Shown one piece after another: positions 12,855-26,976 of a stretch of DNA of 64,000 nt. Below the pieces are notes generated by a model, which did no database searches, was not told the origin of the DNA, and saw nothing but the letters and a program-made list of their open reading frames with translations. The position numbers and the translations under genes were made by a program. The first letter of the stretch is position 1. Each line of letters begins with the position of its first letter. The stretch comes from Somniosus microcephalus. Taxonomy: Eukaryota. Location of the stretch: positions 140,554,001 to 140,618,000 of the forward strand of contig CM126214.1 of the NCBI GenBank assembly GCA_052327205.1, in the 5' to 3' direction.

Positions 12855-13372
12855 TGGTCGACCTTCCACGTTCTACCCTCCGTGAACTTGAGCTCATCCA
12901 AAACACTGCTGCCTGTGTCCTAACTCGCACCAAGTCCCGTTCGCCCAGCACCCCTGTGCTCACTGACTTACATTGACTCCCAGTTAAGCAATGCCTCGAT
13001 TTTAAAATTCTCATCCTTGTTTTCAAATCCCTCCATGGCCTGGCCCCTTCCTATCTTTGTAATCTCCTTCAACCCCACAATTTTCCAAGATATCTCTTGG
13101 GTATCCCTGAATATAATTATTGGTGGCTGTGCCTTCGGCTGCCAAGGCCCTATGGTCTGGAATTCCCTGTCTAAACCTCCCCGTCTCTATATCTCTTTTG
13201 CCTCCTTTAAGACACTCCTTAAAATCTTCCTCTTTGAACAAGCTTTTGGCCATCTGCCCTAATAGCTCCTTATGTGGCTCGGTGTCAAAGTTTGTTTTAT
13301 AACGCTCCTGTGAAGTGCCTTGGGATGTTTTACTATGTTAAAGGTGCTATATAAATACAAGTTGTTGTTGTT
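12855..13372 (+). mobile_element. L2 LINE 3' fragment
   Basis: Encodes PVLTDLH*LPVK..FKIL and WNSL; tail GCTATATAAATACAAG(TTG)n. Confidence 0.85.
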
Positions 13373-13554
13373 GTATGTCTGGATTCTGATTGATTGGGTG
13401 TTGTAACATGATAACGGTTCGGAATATTCTATTTGCCAAAATAGATAAAATCTGCTTCCACTGATTATAGGGAAGAAAAACATCTGTAAATAAATGCAGT
13501 GTTATTTGAAACCAAGTGGGAAGATTTCCAGCTTCCAGTCAGACGTCTTGTTAC

Positions 13555-14668
13555 CTGCAATGGCTTCTTCACCTGCAATGGCTTCCCTTCCCACTCCCAC
13601 ATCGTTACCTCTAGTGTCCCCCAAGGATCTATCCTTGGCCCTTTCCTATTTCTCAGCTACATGCTGCCCCTTGGTGACATCAGCCGAAAACACAGCGTCA
13701 GTTTCCACACGTACGCTGACGACACCCAGCTCTACCTCACCACCACTTCTCTCGACCCCTCCACGGTCTCTAAATTGTCAGACTGCTTGTCCGACATCCA
13801 GTTCTGGATGAGCAGAAATTTTCTCCAATTAAATATTGGGAAGACCGAAGCCATTGTTTTTGGTCCCGCCACAAACTCCGTTCTCTACCCATTGATTCCA
13901 TCCTTCTCCATAACATATGTCTGAGTCAGAATCACACTGTTTGCAACCTTGGTGTCATATTTGACCCTGAAATGAGCTTCCGACCACATATCCACAGCAT
14001 AACTAAGACCACCTATTTCCACTTCCATAACATCGCCCGTCTCCATCCTTGCCTCAGCTCATCCACTACTGAAACACTCATCCATGCCTTTGTTACCTCT
14101 GGACTTGACTATTCCAATGCACTCCTGGCTGGCCTCCTACGTTCTACCTTACGTAAACTTGAGGTCATCCAAAACTCGACTGCCTGTGTCCTAACTCACA
14201 TCAAGTCCCGTTCACCCATCACCCCTGTGCTCGCTGATCTACATTGGCTCCCAGTTAAGCAACGCCTCGATTTCAAAATTCTCCTCCTTGTTTTCAAATC
14301 CTTTCATGGCCTTGCCCCTCCCTATCTCTGTAATTTCCTTCAGCCCCACACCTCCCGAGATATCTGCACTCCTTCAATTCTGCCCTCTTGTGCATCCCTG
14401 ATTAAAATCACGCAACCATTGGTAACCATACCTTCTGTTGCTTAGGCCCTAAGCTCTGGAATTCCCTCCCTAAACATCTCCGCCTCTCTACCTCTCTTCC
14501 CTCCTTTGAGACACTCCTTAAAACCTACCTCTTTGACCAAGCTTTTGGTCATCTGCCCTAATTTCTCCTTATGTGGCTCAGTGTCAAGTTTTTGGCTTTT
14601 AATACTCCTGTGAAGCACCTTGGGACATTTTACTACGTTAAAGGTGCTATATAAATACAAGTTGTTGT
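13555..14668 (+). mobile_element. L2 LINE 3' fragment (RT YADD through tail)
   Basis: ORFs 13499-13924 (VPQGSILGP..YADDTQLY..LQLNIGKTE) and 13972-14445 (LDYSNALL..LHWLPV); L2 tail. Confidence 0.9.
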
Positions 14669-14669
14669 T

Positions 14670-16815
14670 TTTACACAGCGAGTTGTTATGATCTGTAATG
14701 CACTGCTTGAAAGGTTGGTGAACAACAGATTCAACAGTAACTTTGAAAAGGGAATTGGATACATAGAGATACATAGAGATAGGAACAGGAGTAGGCCATT
14801 CGGCCCTTTGAGCCTGCTCCGCCATTCAATGAGATCATGGCTGATCTTACCAGTTCAGTACCCCGTCCCCGCCTTTTCTCCGTAACCCTTAATCCCCTTA
14901 GCCTTCAGAAATATATCCAATTCTCTCTTGAAAATATTTATTGAATTAGCCTTCACAGCCCTCTGTGGCAGGGAATTCCACAGGCTCACCACTCTTTGAG
15001 TGAAGAAATTCTTCCTCATCTCTGTTTTAAATGATTTGCCCGCTATTTTTAGACTGTGGCCCCTGGTTCTGTGCTCCCCGGCCATTGGAAACATTCTCTC
15101 TGAATTCAGCCTGTCCAGGCCTGCCATAATTTTATATGTTTCGATGAGATCCCCTCTCAATCTTCTAAACTCCAGTGAGTACAAGCCCAAACTATTTAAT
15201 CTCTCTTCGTAGGTCATTCCCGCCATTCCAGGTATCAGCCTGGTGAATCGCCGTTGCACTCTTTCCATGGCAAAAACATCCTTCCGCAGATGGGGCGACC
15301 AAAACTGTACACAATACTCCAGATGCGGTCTCACCAGCACCTTGTACAGCTGTAGTAAGGTATCCCTATTCCTATACTCGAACCCCCTTGATATGAAGGC
15401 CAACATACCATTTGCCTTCTTAATTGCCTGTTGCACCTGCATGCTCTCCTTCAGTGACTGGTGCACAAGAACACCCAGGTCCCTCTGCACATCCCCATCT
15501 CCCAATCTATTGCCATTTAGATAATAATCTACCCTCCTGTTTTTACCCCCAAAGTGGATAACCTCGCATTTATCCACATTATAGTGCATCTGCCACGTAT
15601 CCGCCCATTCCCCCAACCTGTCCAAATCGCACTGTAGCCTCCTGACATCCTCATCAGAGCCCACCCCTCCTCCTAGTTTAGTGTCGTCAGCGAATTTGGA
15701 AATATTGCATCCAATTCCCTGATCCAGATCATTTATATATATTGTGAACAGCTGGGGTCCCAGGACAGATCCTTGCGGCACCCCGCTGGTCACTGCCTGC
15801 CACTCCGAAAACGAGCCGTTTATTCCAACTCTCTGTTTTCTATCCGCCAGCCAGTTCTCTATCCACGTTAATACTTTGCCCCCAATCCCATGAGCCTTAA
15901 TTTTGCATGATAATCTTTTGTGTGGAACCTTATCGAAGGCTTTCTGGAAGTCAAGGTACACCACATCCACTGGCTCTCCCCCATCTATTTTACCAGTTAC
16001 TTCCTCAAAAAATTCCAGCAGATTAGTCAAACACGATTTACCCTTTGTAAATCCATGTTGACTCTGTCCGATCCTTTCCCCATTTGTCAAGTGCTCCGCT
16101 ATTTTATCCTTAATAATGGACTCTAGCATTTTGCCCACAACCGATGTAAGGCTTACTGGTCTATAATTCCCTGCTTTCTCTCTACCCCCCTTTTTAAATA
16201 TTGGGGTAACATTAGCTACCCTCCAATCCACGGGTACTGTTCCCGAGTCAATGGAGTTCCGGAAGATGATCCTTAGAGCATCTGCTATCTCCAGGGCCAC
16301 CTCCTTAAGTACCCTAGGATGTAGTTTATCAGGCCCCGGGGATTTGTCGGCCTTCAGTCCCCTCAACTTACCCAACACCATATCCCTAGAGATACTAATT
16401 TCTGTCAGCTCCTCCCTCTCATTAGTCCCCATGTTTGCCGATATTCCTGGGAGGTTATTTGTGTCCTCCTTTGTGAATACAGAACCAAAGTATGAGTTTA
16501 ATTGGTCTGCCATTTCCTTATTCTCCATTATATATTCTCCCGAATCGGACTGCAAGGGACCGACTTGGGATTTTACCAGTCTTTTCCTCCTGATATACCG
16601 ATAAAAGCTTTTGCAGTCTGTCTTTATGTTTGCTGCAAGTTTACTTTCGTATTCTATTTTCCCCTTCCTGATTAATCCCTTTGTCCTCTTTTGCTGTACT
16701 TGAAGATGATAATTTTGCAGAGCTATGGGGAAAGAGCAGGGGATTGGGACTAATAAGGATAGCTCTTTCAAAGAGCCGGCACAGGCATAATGTGCTGTAG
16801 GATTCTATGATTCTA
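14670..16815 (+). repeat. Older CR1 3' fragment split by a younger antisense CR1
   Basis: Left half ~14670-14765 (FTQRVV..GAATTGGATACATA) continues at ~16698-16815 (TACTTGAAG..GCTATGGGGAAAGAGCAGG..TTCTATGATTCTA). Confidence 0.7.
14762..16697 (-). mobile_element. Young 5'-truncated CR1 LINE with uninterrupted RT region
   Basis: ORF 14855-16771 has KSPGPD, NYRPVSLTS, DFQKAFD, GVPQGSVLGP, KFADD with no stops. It lacks the endonuclease, and its first ~25 codons are flanking sequence. Confidence 0.92.
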
Positions 16816-17967
16816 GGTCTCCCATTAATGAGCCAATGTGGTTATTTAAAATATCATGTAAACTGTAAACTGTATAACTTTGTAACTTGTAATAAACTTT
16901 ATCTAAACTGAGAGTGATGTAAAAACTCTCAACCCCTGATCTGTCAGTTTTCAAACAGCTTGGTGTAAATAGCCAGATTCAAACTCTTGTATGTACTGTT
17001 GCATCATTCTTCAGTCCAGTAATTTGAAACTGTTTGAAGTGAGCTTTTGTTTAGAATAAAAGCTTAGAGTAAACAGTATGTAAACAGTCAGATCTGACTC
17101 ATTGGTGACAACTAACCTGTATTAAATCAGATCCCAAGGCTAGTTTGCGCTCATTGATTTCTGAGAGTACTGTCAGTTAGGATGTTATTCACCATTCTGG
17201 AATTTAGAATCTGTTAAACCTACTTTACACTTTAAGCCCCTTAAGATTACATTCAATTTGAGCTATCCTGACCCAAATTGAATGTGATTCCTCCCCTAAG
17301 AGTGCATACAGAGTTTTGTTTTTCAGCTGAAATCCACAGAAAATTCTCAATTTGTACCAGCATTTATACAAGGCTATAAACCTCATGCTTTACAGCACCA
17401 GACAATGCAGCTGAGAGAAATCTCATTAAAATAAATAACTCCTTACCATTTATATTTGAGCATTCACTGTGATTGCACAGGCTGGACTCCCAGCTAGATT
17501 GTCCCTGAACCAGTTGTTATACTTGAACAATTATGATTCTGTTGTAAATTTGCAGCACAAGCATATTTGTTTGGACTATCTAAATTTGTGATCAGTAAAG
17601 ACAAGAAAATGGTCAAAGTACATTTTTAGTGGGGGGTGGGGGGGGGGTGGAGTGAGGGGTAGGGGACTAATCATTGTTAAAATGGGTTTTAGCCACAGAT
17701 GAAAAATGCCTGCCTTTCATGGTACTAATACAATAATAATCACACTGCATGTGCACCAAGGGAGTTTTTATTCCTCTGCAATTCACTCACTGAATTGGCA
17801 CAAGCACTCTTAAATGCACCTAGTCTTCAGAGAGCTAAAGAATAAATACTCTTATCAAAATGTATGAGGTAGTCTATAAACTACTTCAGGTTTTCTAAAA
17901 GTAACAAGTGCACAGTAGCAGAAAATTACATTTGGGGACACAGCATATGAGTAATTTGAGACATGAT

Positions 17968-19235
17968 GGGCTGGATTTTCCCTGCGGAGGCGGGATGGCG
18001 GCGGGAGAGCTGGTTGGCGGGTTCCAGTCCCACTCCTGTCTGCAGCTGCTCACTGAAAATGATTTTCCATAGATTGGCCTTGTTAAGCCCACCCTGTGGG
18101 GTTCCCGGCCAATTAACAGGAAGCAGATCTGATGACGTCATTTGATGATGCGTCATTAGCCAGTTTCCTTAAATGGACCATGGTCACATTGATTTTGACA
18201 GTTGTGCTGTCAGTGCTCTGCAGCATTGAGGTGCTGCAAACACTGACAAGCACTGCACAAAGGTACACGTCTGCACTCAGGCTCATGCATGACTCCCTCC
18301 ATATCCTTATGGAGAGAGTCACAGCACGCAGGGAGATTCTCTTCCCTTCCCATGGACAGAAGAGACCTCTCCAGGAGATCAACACAGTCTGGTTGCACAT
18401 TGCACAGGAGGACACAAGCAGGGATGTCGTCAGGAGTGCCTGGCTGCAGTGGCGCCAACCTTTCAATGATCTCAGTCGATCACGAAACGTTACTGCAAAG
18501 CCACACTCAACCTCATCCTGTTGTGCCACTCATCACATCCCCATTATTCTGCCTTCCCTACCCTACTCCTGCCCATCCTTACTCACACCAACTTATCTTG
18601 CACCTCCACCCATCCCTCTCTATCTACATTATCACTTCCCCATCTCACTAGCCACCCCTCACACACATCCTCATCCAACTGCAAGCATACCAACTAACAA
18701 TACACAATGACAGGTGCTTGAGATGTTTAGCCAATGTTCACGTGAGAGAGGTTGTTCCAATGAGGTGCCACTGGATATAGAGTTGGCTCTAAACACTTAC
18801 AAGCTAAAGAAATCTCTATGTCTTATAAATGCAGTAACCAACAGTTTTTGAGCTCTGAAACTGAACAGCTGCAACATAATATCCTTTATACCACTTCTGC
18901 AGCTGTCAGGTTATCAGATAAATCAAAGCAGACTCAACTCACGACAGGGTGAGCTGGCGTGTTCCCCGAGCAGCGGGTAAGTCGTGGGGGAGCATGTAAA
19001 ATTACAAGGTAGGCTCAAAAGAGCATTAAACTGGCTGTTAACAAGCCATTTAATGATCTAAATTGCCTCCCCTGCTGCTTGGTGTCGGGTCAGTTCTGCG
19101 CAGACAGACCCGACACCTGGGAGACACGTGTGGAGGCGGGTTGACAGCGGGTTTCCTACCCGCTGTCAATCTTTGCTATTTTGACAGCAGACCCGCCTCC
19201 AAACCCGCTCTCTGAGCACTGGCAAAATTCAGCCT
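17968..19235 (+). mobile_element. Internally deleted Harbinger element with a Myb/SANT exon-1 relic
   Basis: Ends GGGCTGGATTTT / AAAATTCAGCCT. ~18255-18480 encodes LHILMERVTARREILFP..W..IA..V..W.Q.R..FNDL, homologous to 55652-55891. CRE TGACGTCA at 18133. Confidence 0.75.
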
Positions 19236-19307
19236 GACATGTGGTAGGTGTAGCATGCTTGGGAGGGAAAAGGTGACTTTGGACCTATGGTTCCCAAAGC
19301 TTTCTAC

Positions 19308-22300
19308 TGTTAAGTCCGTGAATGATTGAGACATGGACTAGCAGGAGAGAAACAAAGAGATCTTTACTGGTGAAAGGCATAAACGAATCTAACCAACAGA
19401 GGCTCTCTAGCGCCTTTTATACAGGGGTGGTCACTGCCGGTACTGCAGTCTGAGACCAGTTATTCTCTTAAAGGTACATACACAACAATTCCTCCCCTTT
19501 TAGATAAACAGTACATAACATTCATTTAACCACTAATGATAACGAATTACAATCACAATTACTGTTGCTAGATACATTGGTTAAGTTTAAGCAATTATAA
19601 GTTCAGTCTTTGAGGAGGCTTCCTGATTCTGTCTGGATAACGCCTCTTTGGAGTATCAGGTTCTTCTGGCAATGTTGAGTCGGAATCAATGTCGTTGTTT
19701 GGTTCATCTGCTTCCAATATTACCGGTTCTGCGGTAGCTGCAATTGGAACGTCGATTTCATTACCAGGTGCATCAGATCGTGGTGTGGAATTGACGTTTT
19801 CCAGTGACTCTAGAATCTGGTCAGCATGGCGTCTTACAATGCTCTCCCCAACGTCCACGGTATACATGAGAGGTCCTTGTCGTGTACAAATCGTTCCTGG
19901 CTGCCATTTCTCAGTGCGGTAGTCCCGGGCCAAAACTGGTTGACCTATCTTAAAACTCCTGGTCGGCCTTTCATTCATATTCTGAAACTGCCTGTTCTCC
20001 ACATCTCTTCGGACGTTTGGCTTAACCAAATCCAAGCGGCATCGTAGTCTTCGATTGAAGAACATCATGGCTGGAGTTTGGTTGGTAACCGCATGTGTCG
20101 CATTCCGGTAGGCAAACAAGAAGTTGTCCACCTTGTGTTGTAGGGGTATATCTTCATTACACATTGCCTTGATAGCCTTCTTGAATGTTTGGACAAACCT
20201 CTCGGCCAATCCATTAGTGGCTGGATGATATGGGGCAGATGTGTAATGCTTAACACCATTGTTCTTTAAGAACCTCCGGAACTCTTCAGACACAAACTGT
20301 GGTCCATTGTCAGAGCAAATCTGTTCAGGCAGCCCATTCCTGGCGAATATGGTTCGTAAAACTGCGATAGTTTTTTCCGTGGTGGTTGAGGACATTTTTA
20401 TTACCTCTGGCCACTTTGAATGTGCATCCACCGCAATTAAAAACATCGAGTCCATGAAGGGACCAGCAAAATCAATGTGCACCCTTTGCCATGGAGATGA
20501 GGGCCACTCCCATGGATGCAGAGGAGCTTGTGGTGGGGCGTTTTGGACCTTCTGGCATCCTGCACAGCTCTTGGTCATCTCTTCGATTTCTCTATCGATT
20601 CCCGGCCACCACACAAATGCTCTGGCTAAGCTCTTCATTTTTACCCCACCCAGATGACCCTCATGAAGCTCATTGAGCACTCTATCCGTCAACTTAGGTG
20701 GAATTACTACTCTGGATCCACACATCAAGGTTCCTCTGCACACTGACAGCTGTTCTCTTCTTGGCGAAAATGCTGGCAGCAGTGGTTCGCCATGTGCTGG
20801 CCATCCCTTCACCGTTAAATCATAGACCCGTGATAGTGTCGGGTCATTCCGTGTTTCCTTTTCTATGTTTGCATTCGTCACAGGGAGACATTCGACTATG
20901 GTCGAGTGGAATAACTCCATTGGATCCACTGCAAGGTCTTCTTCTTCCACCGTCGGCAACGGTAGATGTGACAATCCATCAGCATTTCCATGCTGTTTAG
21001 TTCCCCTGTACTCGATGTCATGTTGGTGTGCCCCTAGGAAAAGGGACCATCTCTGCAGCCGTTGTGCTGTCATTATCGGTACGCCCTTCTGAGGGTTGAA
21101 AATGGAGACAAGAGATTGATGATCGGTTAGTAGAGTAAATTTTTGACCGTGCAGATAGTGATTGAACTTCTTCACCCCCCACACTAGGCTGAGGGCCTCT
21201 CTGTCAATCTGGGCGTAGTTACGCTCGGCGTGACGCAAAAGCTATCGGCCTCTCCAAACCATCAAGGAATTTATGTGACATTACCGCCCCAATGCCGTAG
21301 GGAGACGCATCACACGCCAGCCTGATTGGCAGTGCTGGGTTGTAGTCAGCCAATACTTCCTTCGAAGTGATTAAGTCCTTACTCTTCTGAAAAGCACGTT
21401 TACAATCATCGCTCCATTTCCATGCTACTCCCGTTTGTACTAGGGCGTTCAGTGGGTGCAGAATTGTGGACAAATTCGGCAAAAACTTATGATAGTAATT
21501 CACCAACCCGAGGAATTACCTCAGTTGTGACACATTTTCAGGCGCTGGGGCCTTAACAACCGTTTCAATTTTGTCAGGGGACTTATGTAACCCCTCTTCA
21601 TCAATCACGTGGCCACAATACGATATCTGTTTCTTAAAAAATTCGCACTTGGGGCGGTTGGCTCGCAGCCCATGTTCCCGTAGTCTAGTGAGCACCTGTT
21701 CTAGGTTGTTAAGGTGTTCACTGTCATCTTCACCTGTTACAAGGATGTCGTCCAAGTAACACTGAGTCCCCGGAATCCCTTGCAGGACTTGTTCCATCGC
21801 TCTTTGCCATATCGCCGGAGCCGATGCTACTCCGAATACCTATCGATGATACTGGTAAAGACCTTTGTGAGTGTTTATCGTGAGATACTTCCTAGAGGAC
21901 TCTTCAACCTCCATCTGCAAATACGCTTGTGCTAGGTCAATTTTTGTAAAACGCTTCCCTCCAGACAGTGAGGCGAAGATGTCTTCTATCCTTGGAAGAG
22001 GATATTGTACTGTGTGAAGGACAGGGTTCACCGTCACCTTGAAATCCCCACAGATGCGAATCTTCCTTGGCTCTCCGGACTTATTGCTTAACGTTTTCTT
22101 CATGACAGGAACGATGGGTGTCGCCCACTCACTCCAGTCGACCTTAGACAACACGCCCGCCTTCTCCAGATTCTCCAGCTCTGCCTCGACGGCTGGGCGA
22201 ATTGCATATGGTACCGGTCTCGCTTTGAAAAACTTGGGAACTGCATTCTCTTCTATTTTTAACGAGGCGGTTACGCCTTTAAGCGTGCCCAGTTCTTGTT

Positions 22301-24224
22301 GAAATACCTCTTTGGCATTAGCTAATATTGTTGACAATCGTCCAGGAGTGACGTCTCATCTTTTTTACCGTCCACCATCATTGCATGAATGGAATACCAA
22401 TCTAAGTTTATCTTCCTGATCCATTCACGTCCCAATAACGGTGGTCCACCATTTGGCAGTATTTAGAGATACAATTTCCGTATTTTCTTGCCATTGTATT
22501 CGACAGGCACCCTTATTTTTCCTCTGGGGTATACTTTTTGCCCCGTATACGTCGTCAAGACGATGGATGTCTCTCTCAAGGGTATGTGTGAAAATAGCCG
22601 CTCATAGTCTCGTCGATTCATGACGGTTAGCGCTGATCCTGTATCCAATTCCATTTTAACTTGGGACCCTGCTATCGTGAGGGTGACCCAAATGGTTCGG
22701 TGATCCTCTTTTGCGATTACATTGTGAAGTTTGAGACAGCTTAATCTCCTGTTCTCGGATTCACTATCGCTCATCTGGTCTTCGGAACTACTGTCCGTCA
22801 TCTTTTGTACTTTCTTGTACGGTTCCTTAGTAGCCTTTTTGTTGTCACTGGTCTTCTTCCCAGACCTACAAACTCGTGCAATGTGTCCAATCTTCCCGCA
22901 TTGTCTGCATATTTTGTCTTTGGACCAGCAGTCCTTCTGGTCATGGTTAGTTCTGCCGCAGCGATAACATTTTGCAAATCCCCGTGTCATTTCGTGGGTG
23001 CCGTATTCCTGTGGTTTTTGTTGAATTTCTGCAGCTCCCCTGGCTGCTGCTTCATACAATACTGCCACGCTGAAAGCCTTATCTAGCGTCAGCTCTTTTT
23101 CTGCGAGTAACTTCTTCTGTGTTCCTTCACTCAGGAGTCCACAGACAAATTTGTCCCGTAGGGTATCTGCCAGTCCTGCTCCGAACTGGCAGTGCTTTGA
23201 TAGCTTGCGTAGTTCCGTAAGATACTCAGCATTGCTCTCATCTTTGTGCTGAGTTCTCCTGTGGAATTTAAATCTTTCTGCTATCAACAGCAGTGCAGGG
23301 TTTAAGTGCTCCTGTAGAACAGCAACAATTTCGTTAAAACTCTTCGCCTTCGGTTTGGCTGGAGTAATCAGATCCCGCAATAGGCCGTACGTTCTAGCGC
23401 CCATTATGTTTAGCAATATTGATGCCTTTTTCCCCTCCGCTATTTCATTTGCCTCGAAATATACCTCGACTCTTTCCACATACGTGGTCCAGTCCTCTAA
23501 TGTATTATCAAAAGCAGTGATACAGCCAGTCTTCAGCATCTTGCAAATCTAAAATGGTGCCTCCCGCGCTTTTCCTTCTTCCCCGCTGTTGTTAGCGCTG
23601 CTTTCCACGGTTTCCTGCGCGTTAAATATTAATTCGTTTTTTTAAATTATCTTCCCGTCGTGGAGTGGACCCTCTGGGACACTTCCCTCCCTCTTCTGAG
23701 GTCCGAACGCTGCCCAGCTTCGAAACACCGGCCGCGCCCTGTATGCTCCACCCTCTCTCTCTCTCCTTGCTTCCCGACTCGCTGCCCAGCCCCGTTGCAG
23801 CTCAGGAAGGATCAGAGCACTACCTGCCACCAGCCCGATTAGCTGGGAAACCACGGACCGAGGAACCCAGCCTGGCTCTGGACAGTCTCTCCTGCAAGTT
23901 TTGAAATCGATGATTGACGGTCGACGCCCGTTTCTCGAGTTTCAATGGCCTATTTTTTTTTTTCTTTCTTCTGGCTCCGACCTTCAACACGTCGTCGGAG
24001 CTGCTGCTGAGTTGCAGGTAAGTTCGTTTCTAACTCGTCGCCAGTGTTAAGTCCGTGAATGATTGAGACACGGACTAGCAGGAGAGAAACAAAGAGATCT
24101 TTACTGGTGCAAGGCATAAATGAATCTAACCAACAGAGGCTCTCTAGCGCCTTTTATACAGGAGTGGTCACTGCCGGTACTGCAGTCTGAGACCAGTTAT
24201 TCTCTTAAAGGTACATACACAACA
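19308..24224 (-). mobile_element. Full-length Gypsy (Mag-type) LTR retrotransposon, copy G1
   Basis: 180-bp LTRs 19308-19487 and 24045-24224 (TG..CA, 4 differences), 5-bp TSD TCTAC (19303-19307, 24225-24229), PBS TGGCGACGAG (tRNA-Ser GCU) at ~24034-24043, PPT AAAAGGGGAGGAAT next to the 3' LTR. Confidence 0.97.
19595..23539 (-). pseudogene. G1 gag-pol (Gag with two CCHC knuckles, protease LDTGS, RT YLDD, RNase H, integrase), frameshifted
   Basis: Broken across ORFs 22463-23539, 21840-22337, 21516-21797, 21219-21506 and 19595-21238; collinear with copy G2. Confidence 0.93.
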
Positions 24225-24289
24225 TCTACCAGTGGAGTTTTCCTAGTGTCATTTCTGGCTCTGCTGTAGACTAATTGATGAAGATTAAT

Positions 24290-24650
24290 TGCTATGGCGA
24301 GCCTGTAAATGGGCGTGCAGCGCCCCTACCTGATACAGGCGTAAGGCTACCTAAATATATAAATTACAGTCCTATGTTGGTTGTCAACTATAAATGGCGG
24401 AGTGTGCGGCTTGAACACTCCACTCAGTTGTACCATACATTGGGCGGCCTAACCAATGGTCCTTAAAGGGACCGCTGGTGGTTGTTCTAATATTGGCTCA
24501 GGAAATTTTGAGTTTTTCTTTTTGTGGGCCCAGGAGAAGCAGGAGCGTTTCTCTTGGACCCACAAAAAAACTCCAGCCCATTCGAGACCACCCCTTAGGA
24601 TCAACCGCCCACCCCACCAGACACAACCCACCAGCCATTTTGGGTAGAAT
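24290..24650. repeat. Fragment of a non-autonomous GC-rich element with an internal hairpin
   Basis: Hairpin TTTTGTGGGCCCAGGAGAAGC..GTTTCTCTTGGACCCACAAAA; a related motif occurs at ~57520. Confidence 0.45.
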
Positions 24651-25851
24651 TTGAATTTCTCGGTCAGTATTTTGTTAACTTTCTTCCTAATACTAAATCA
24701 TATCAATGTCCAGAAATATAAAACTTATACACATGAGGTTTTGTCTATCCAACATGGAATCTCCAGCCTCTATCTCAATGGGCTCTGAAGAACTGGCAGA
24801 AGGCTCTTCAATTCTCTTCAAAATTGGAAGCTGCTGGCTACAGAACTGTCAAGTAAACTTCAAAGGGACAGGGCCCTCTGCTAAGATGTCTGTCATCTCT
24901 TTTATCTATTCCCAGGACAAAGCCAAGCTATGAGAGACTTAGTACCAGAACCTCCTAATGTGTTAAACAACAATGATGGATTTTGCTGTCTCCAGTAGCC
25001 AAGTAAACAATGCTAAGTGATTCAGTCACTTATGTGAACCTGGTAAATAACCCCTGTTAAATTTATCAATCTAGAAGGTACTACTGATCATTTGCCTTTG
25101 AGGTGACATTTTGCATTCCAGATAGCAATGTGCATCTTCTCCAACATGGAGAAAACAAGTCAGCTAAGAGCCACAGGCATCTCAGAGTTGTCAAATTCCA
25201 TTCCATTTGTTAGATGCCCCACTGCAGCAAATTCTGGCCACAGCTTCTAAAGAAATGAACATTTTCTACTAATAACATCTTCAAATACTAAACTGAATAC
25301 TGCAAATAATCAAAACACGAACCAGTATATATTTAGTACAAGGAAATAAAGCATTAATTGAAAAATATTAGCTTGTATGTAAATGGGTAGTAATCAAATC
25401 CTACGGAGCATGACAAATGATATATTGTCAATGCAGCACATTTAAATTTAGGACCTGTTTATGATCAGGTTTTTCATAATGTTAGGTCCCAGATGTATCC
25501 TTTTAAAAAAATCACATAAGCAAAGAAATGGAACTCCTATTGATCCTTTGGAATTCAGATTTATGTGCGTTGTACTGCCATCTGCAAGTTTTTGTCCACT
25601 ATCAAATGAACAATAATGGAAAACAACAGAGATGTTTACTAAGCAGCTGAGCTCACACATCAAAGCTTTGTGACAAACAAAATCCTGTTAAGAAAAGTAT
25701 AGTCAGTGCCGAACAGTTGTCAACAGAAGAATGGAGCCTATCATGTCGTCATTACTTTGCTATTTGATAGCAAGTCTTTACTTGTCAGCAACATTAACCT
25801 TTCATTATCCACCCAGGACAAAACACAAAGCAGAAGGATTTCTGCAGGAAC

Positions 25852-26077
25852 ACAAAAAGAAAATACTGCAGATGCTGGAAATCTGAAATAAAAACAGAAA
25901 ATGCTGGAGAAACTCAGCAGGTCAGGCAGCATCTGTGAAGAACTTCTTCAAGGTGGGCATTCCTGGAAGAGAAGTGGCAGTGAATTAAACACTAATACAA
26001 AAACAAAATACTGCAGATGCTGGAAATCTGAAATAAAAACAGAAAATGCTGGAGAAACTCAGCAGGTCAGGCATCAT
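25852..26077. repeat. Two tandem Penelope pseudo-LTR fragments
   Basis: Near-identical ~75-bp AAAATACTGCAGATGCTGGAAATCTGAAATAAAAACAGAAAATGCTGGAGAAACTCAGCAGGTCAGGC at ~25860 and ~26005. Confidence 0.65.
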
Positions 26078-26102
26078 TTCTGCAGGGTTCTTCTGATCAA
26101 AG

Positions 26103-26350
26103 AATCATAGAATTTTACAATACAAAAGGAGGCTTTTTGGCCCATCTTGACTGTGCCGGCTCTTTGAAAGAGCTATGCAATTTTTTCCTTTTCAAGTATA
26201 TATCCAATTCCCTTTTGAAAGTTACTATTGAATCTGCTCCCACCGCCCTTTCAGGCAGTACATTCCAGATCATAACAACTTGCTACATGAAAAAATTTCT
26301 CCTCATATCCTCTTGGGTTATTTTGCCAATTATATTAAATTTATGTCCTC
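26103..26350 (-). repeat. CR1 3' fragment
   Basis: Minus strand encodes GHKFNII..MRRNFF, followed by a CR1 3' UTR. Confidence 0.75.
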
Positions 26351-26976
26351 CACTATATTTTGAGTGGAAGATCAGCTTAAAATTTGAAGAAATGGCCACT
26401 TTTGGCTGTTCACGCTGTTTCTCTGTGAGTTCCGCCGATCTTCTGCCAAAGTTCCAGCGGGAGTTTGGGAGAACCTGGCCTAGAAATTCAGTTGCGTGCA
26501 CCAGCCATTAGCGCCTTAGGAGGAGTAGATCTCGAGCGCTAGGCACTTAGCGGCCGGGCGCAGGGCGATCTGCGCCTACGCACAACTTCAGTAGACATTT
26601 AGCACCGGCGCAAAGTGTTTGCGCGCGCTCAGCTGCACGCGCAGCTTATGATGTCATTTTGTCGTGCAACGCCCTTTGTGCGCCCCAAACTGGAACTTCA
26701 GTCGCGCCCGCCCAATGTGGGCATGGCGGTGCTAAGAACTGTGAAGTGGAATGCAGCAGAGGCCCTGCGGGCCTTGGGGAGCGCTAATTAAAGGGCACTT
26801 ACACTGAACTATAAAGGCCAGCCATTTTGCAGCAATGACTTTTGTGCAACGGATTTCTGGACAGAGACCAAGGAAGAGACCTTACTGATTTGGCCCAACA
26901 TAGGAGAGGTATTTTTGGCTTCTGGCCAGAGCTTGGAAATTTGCCTCATTGTGATTTCATTGTTTGCAAGTATATT

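Noticed and set aside
14855-16771. 638-aa ORF as an active or domesticated RT gene
   Set aside because: 5'-truncated CR1 lacking the endonuclease; the start codon comes from unrelated flanking sequence.
17630-17666. G-quadruplex-capable G tract
   Set aside because: Simple low-complexity run with no supporting context.
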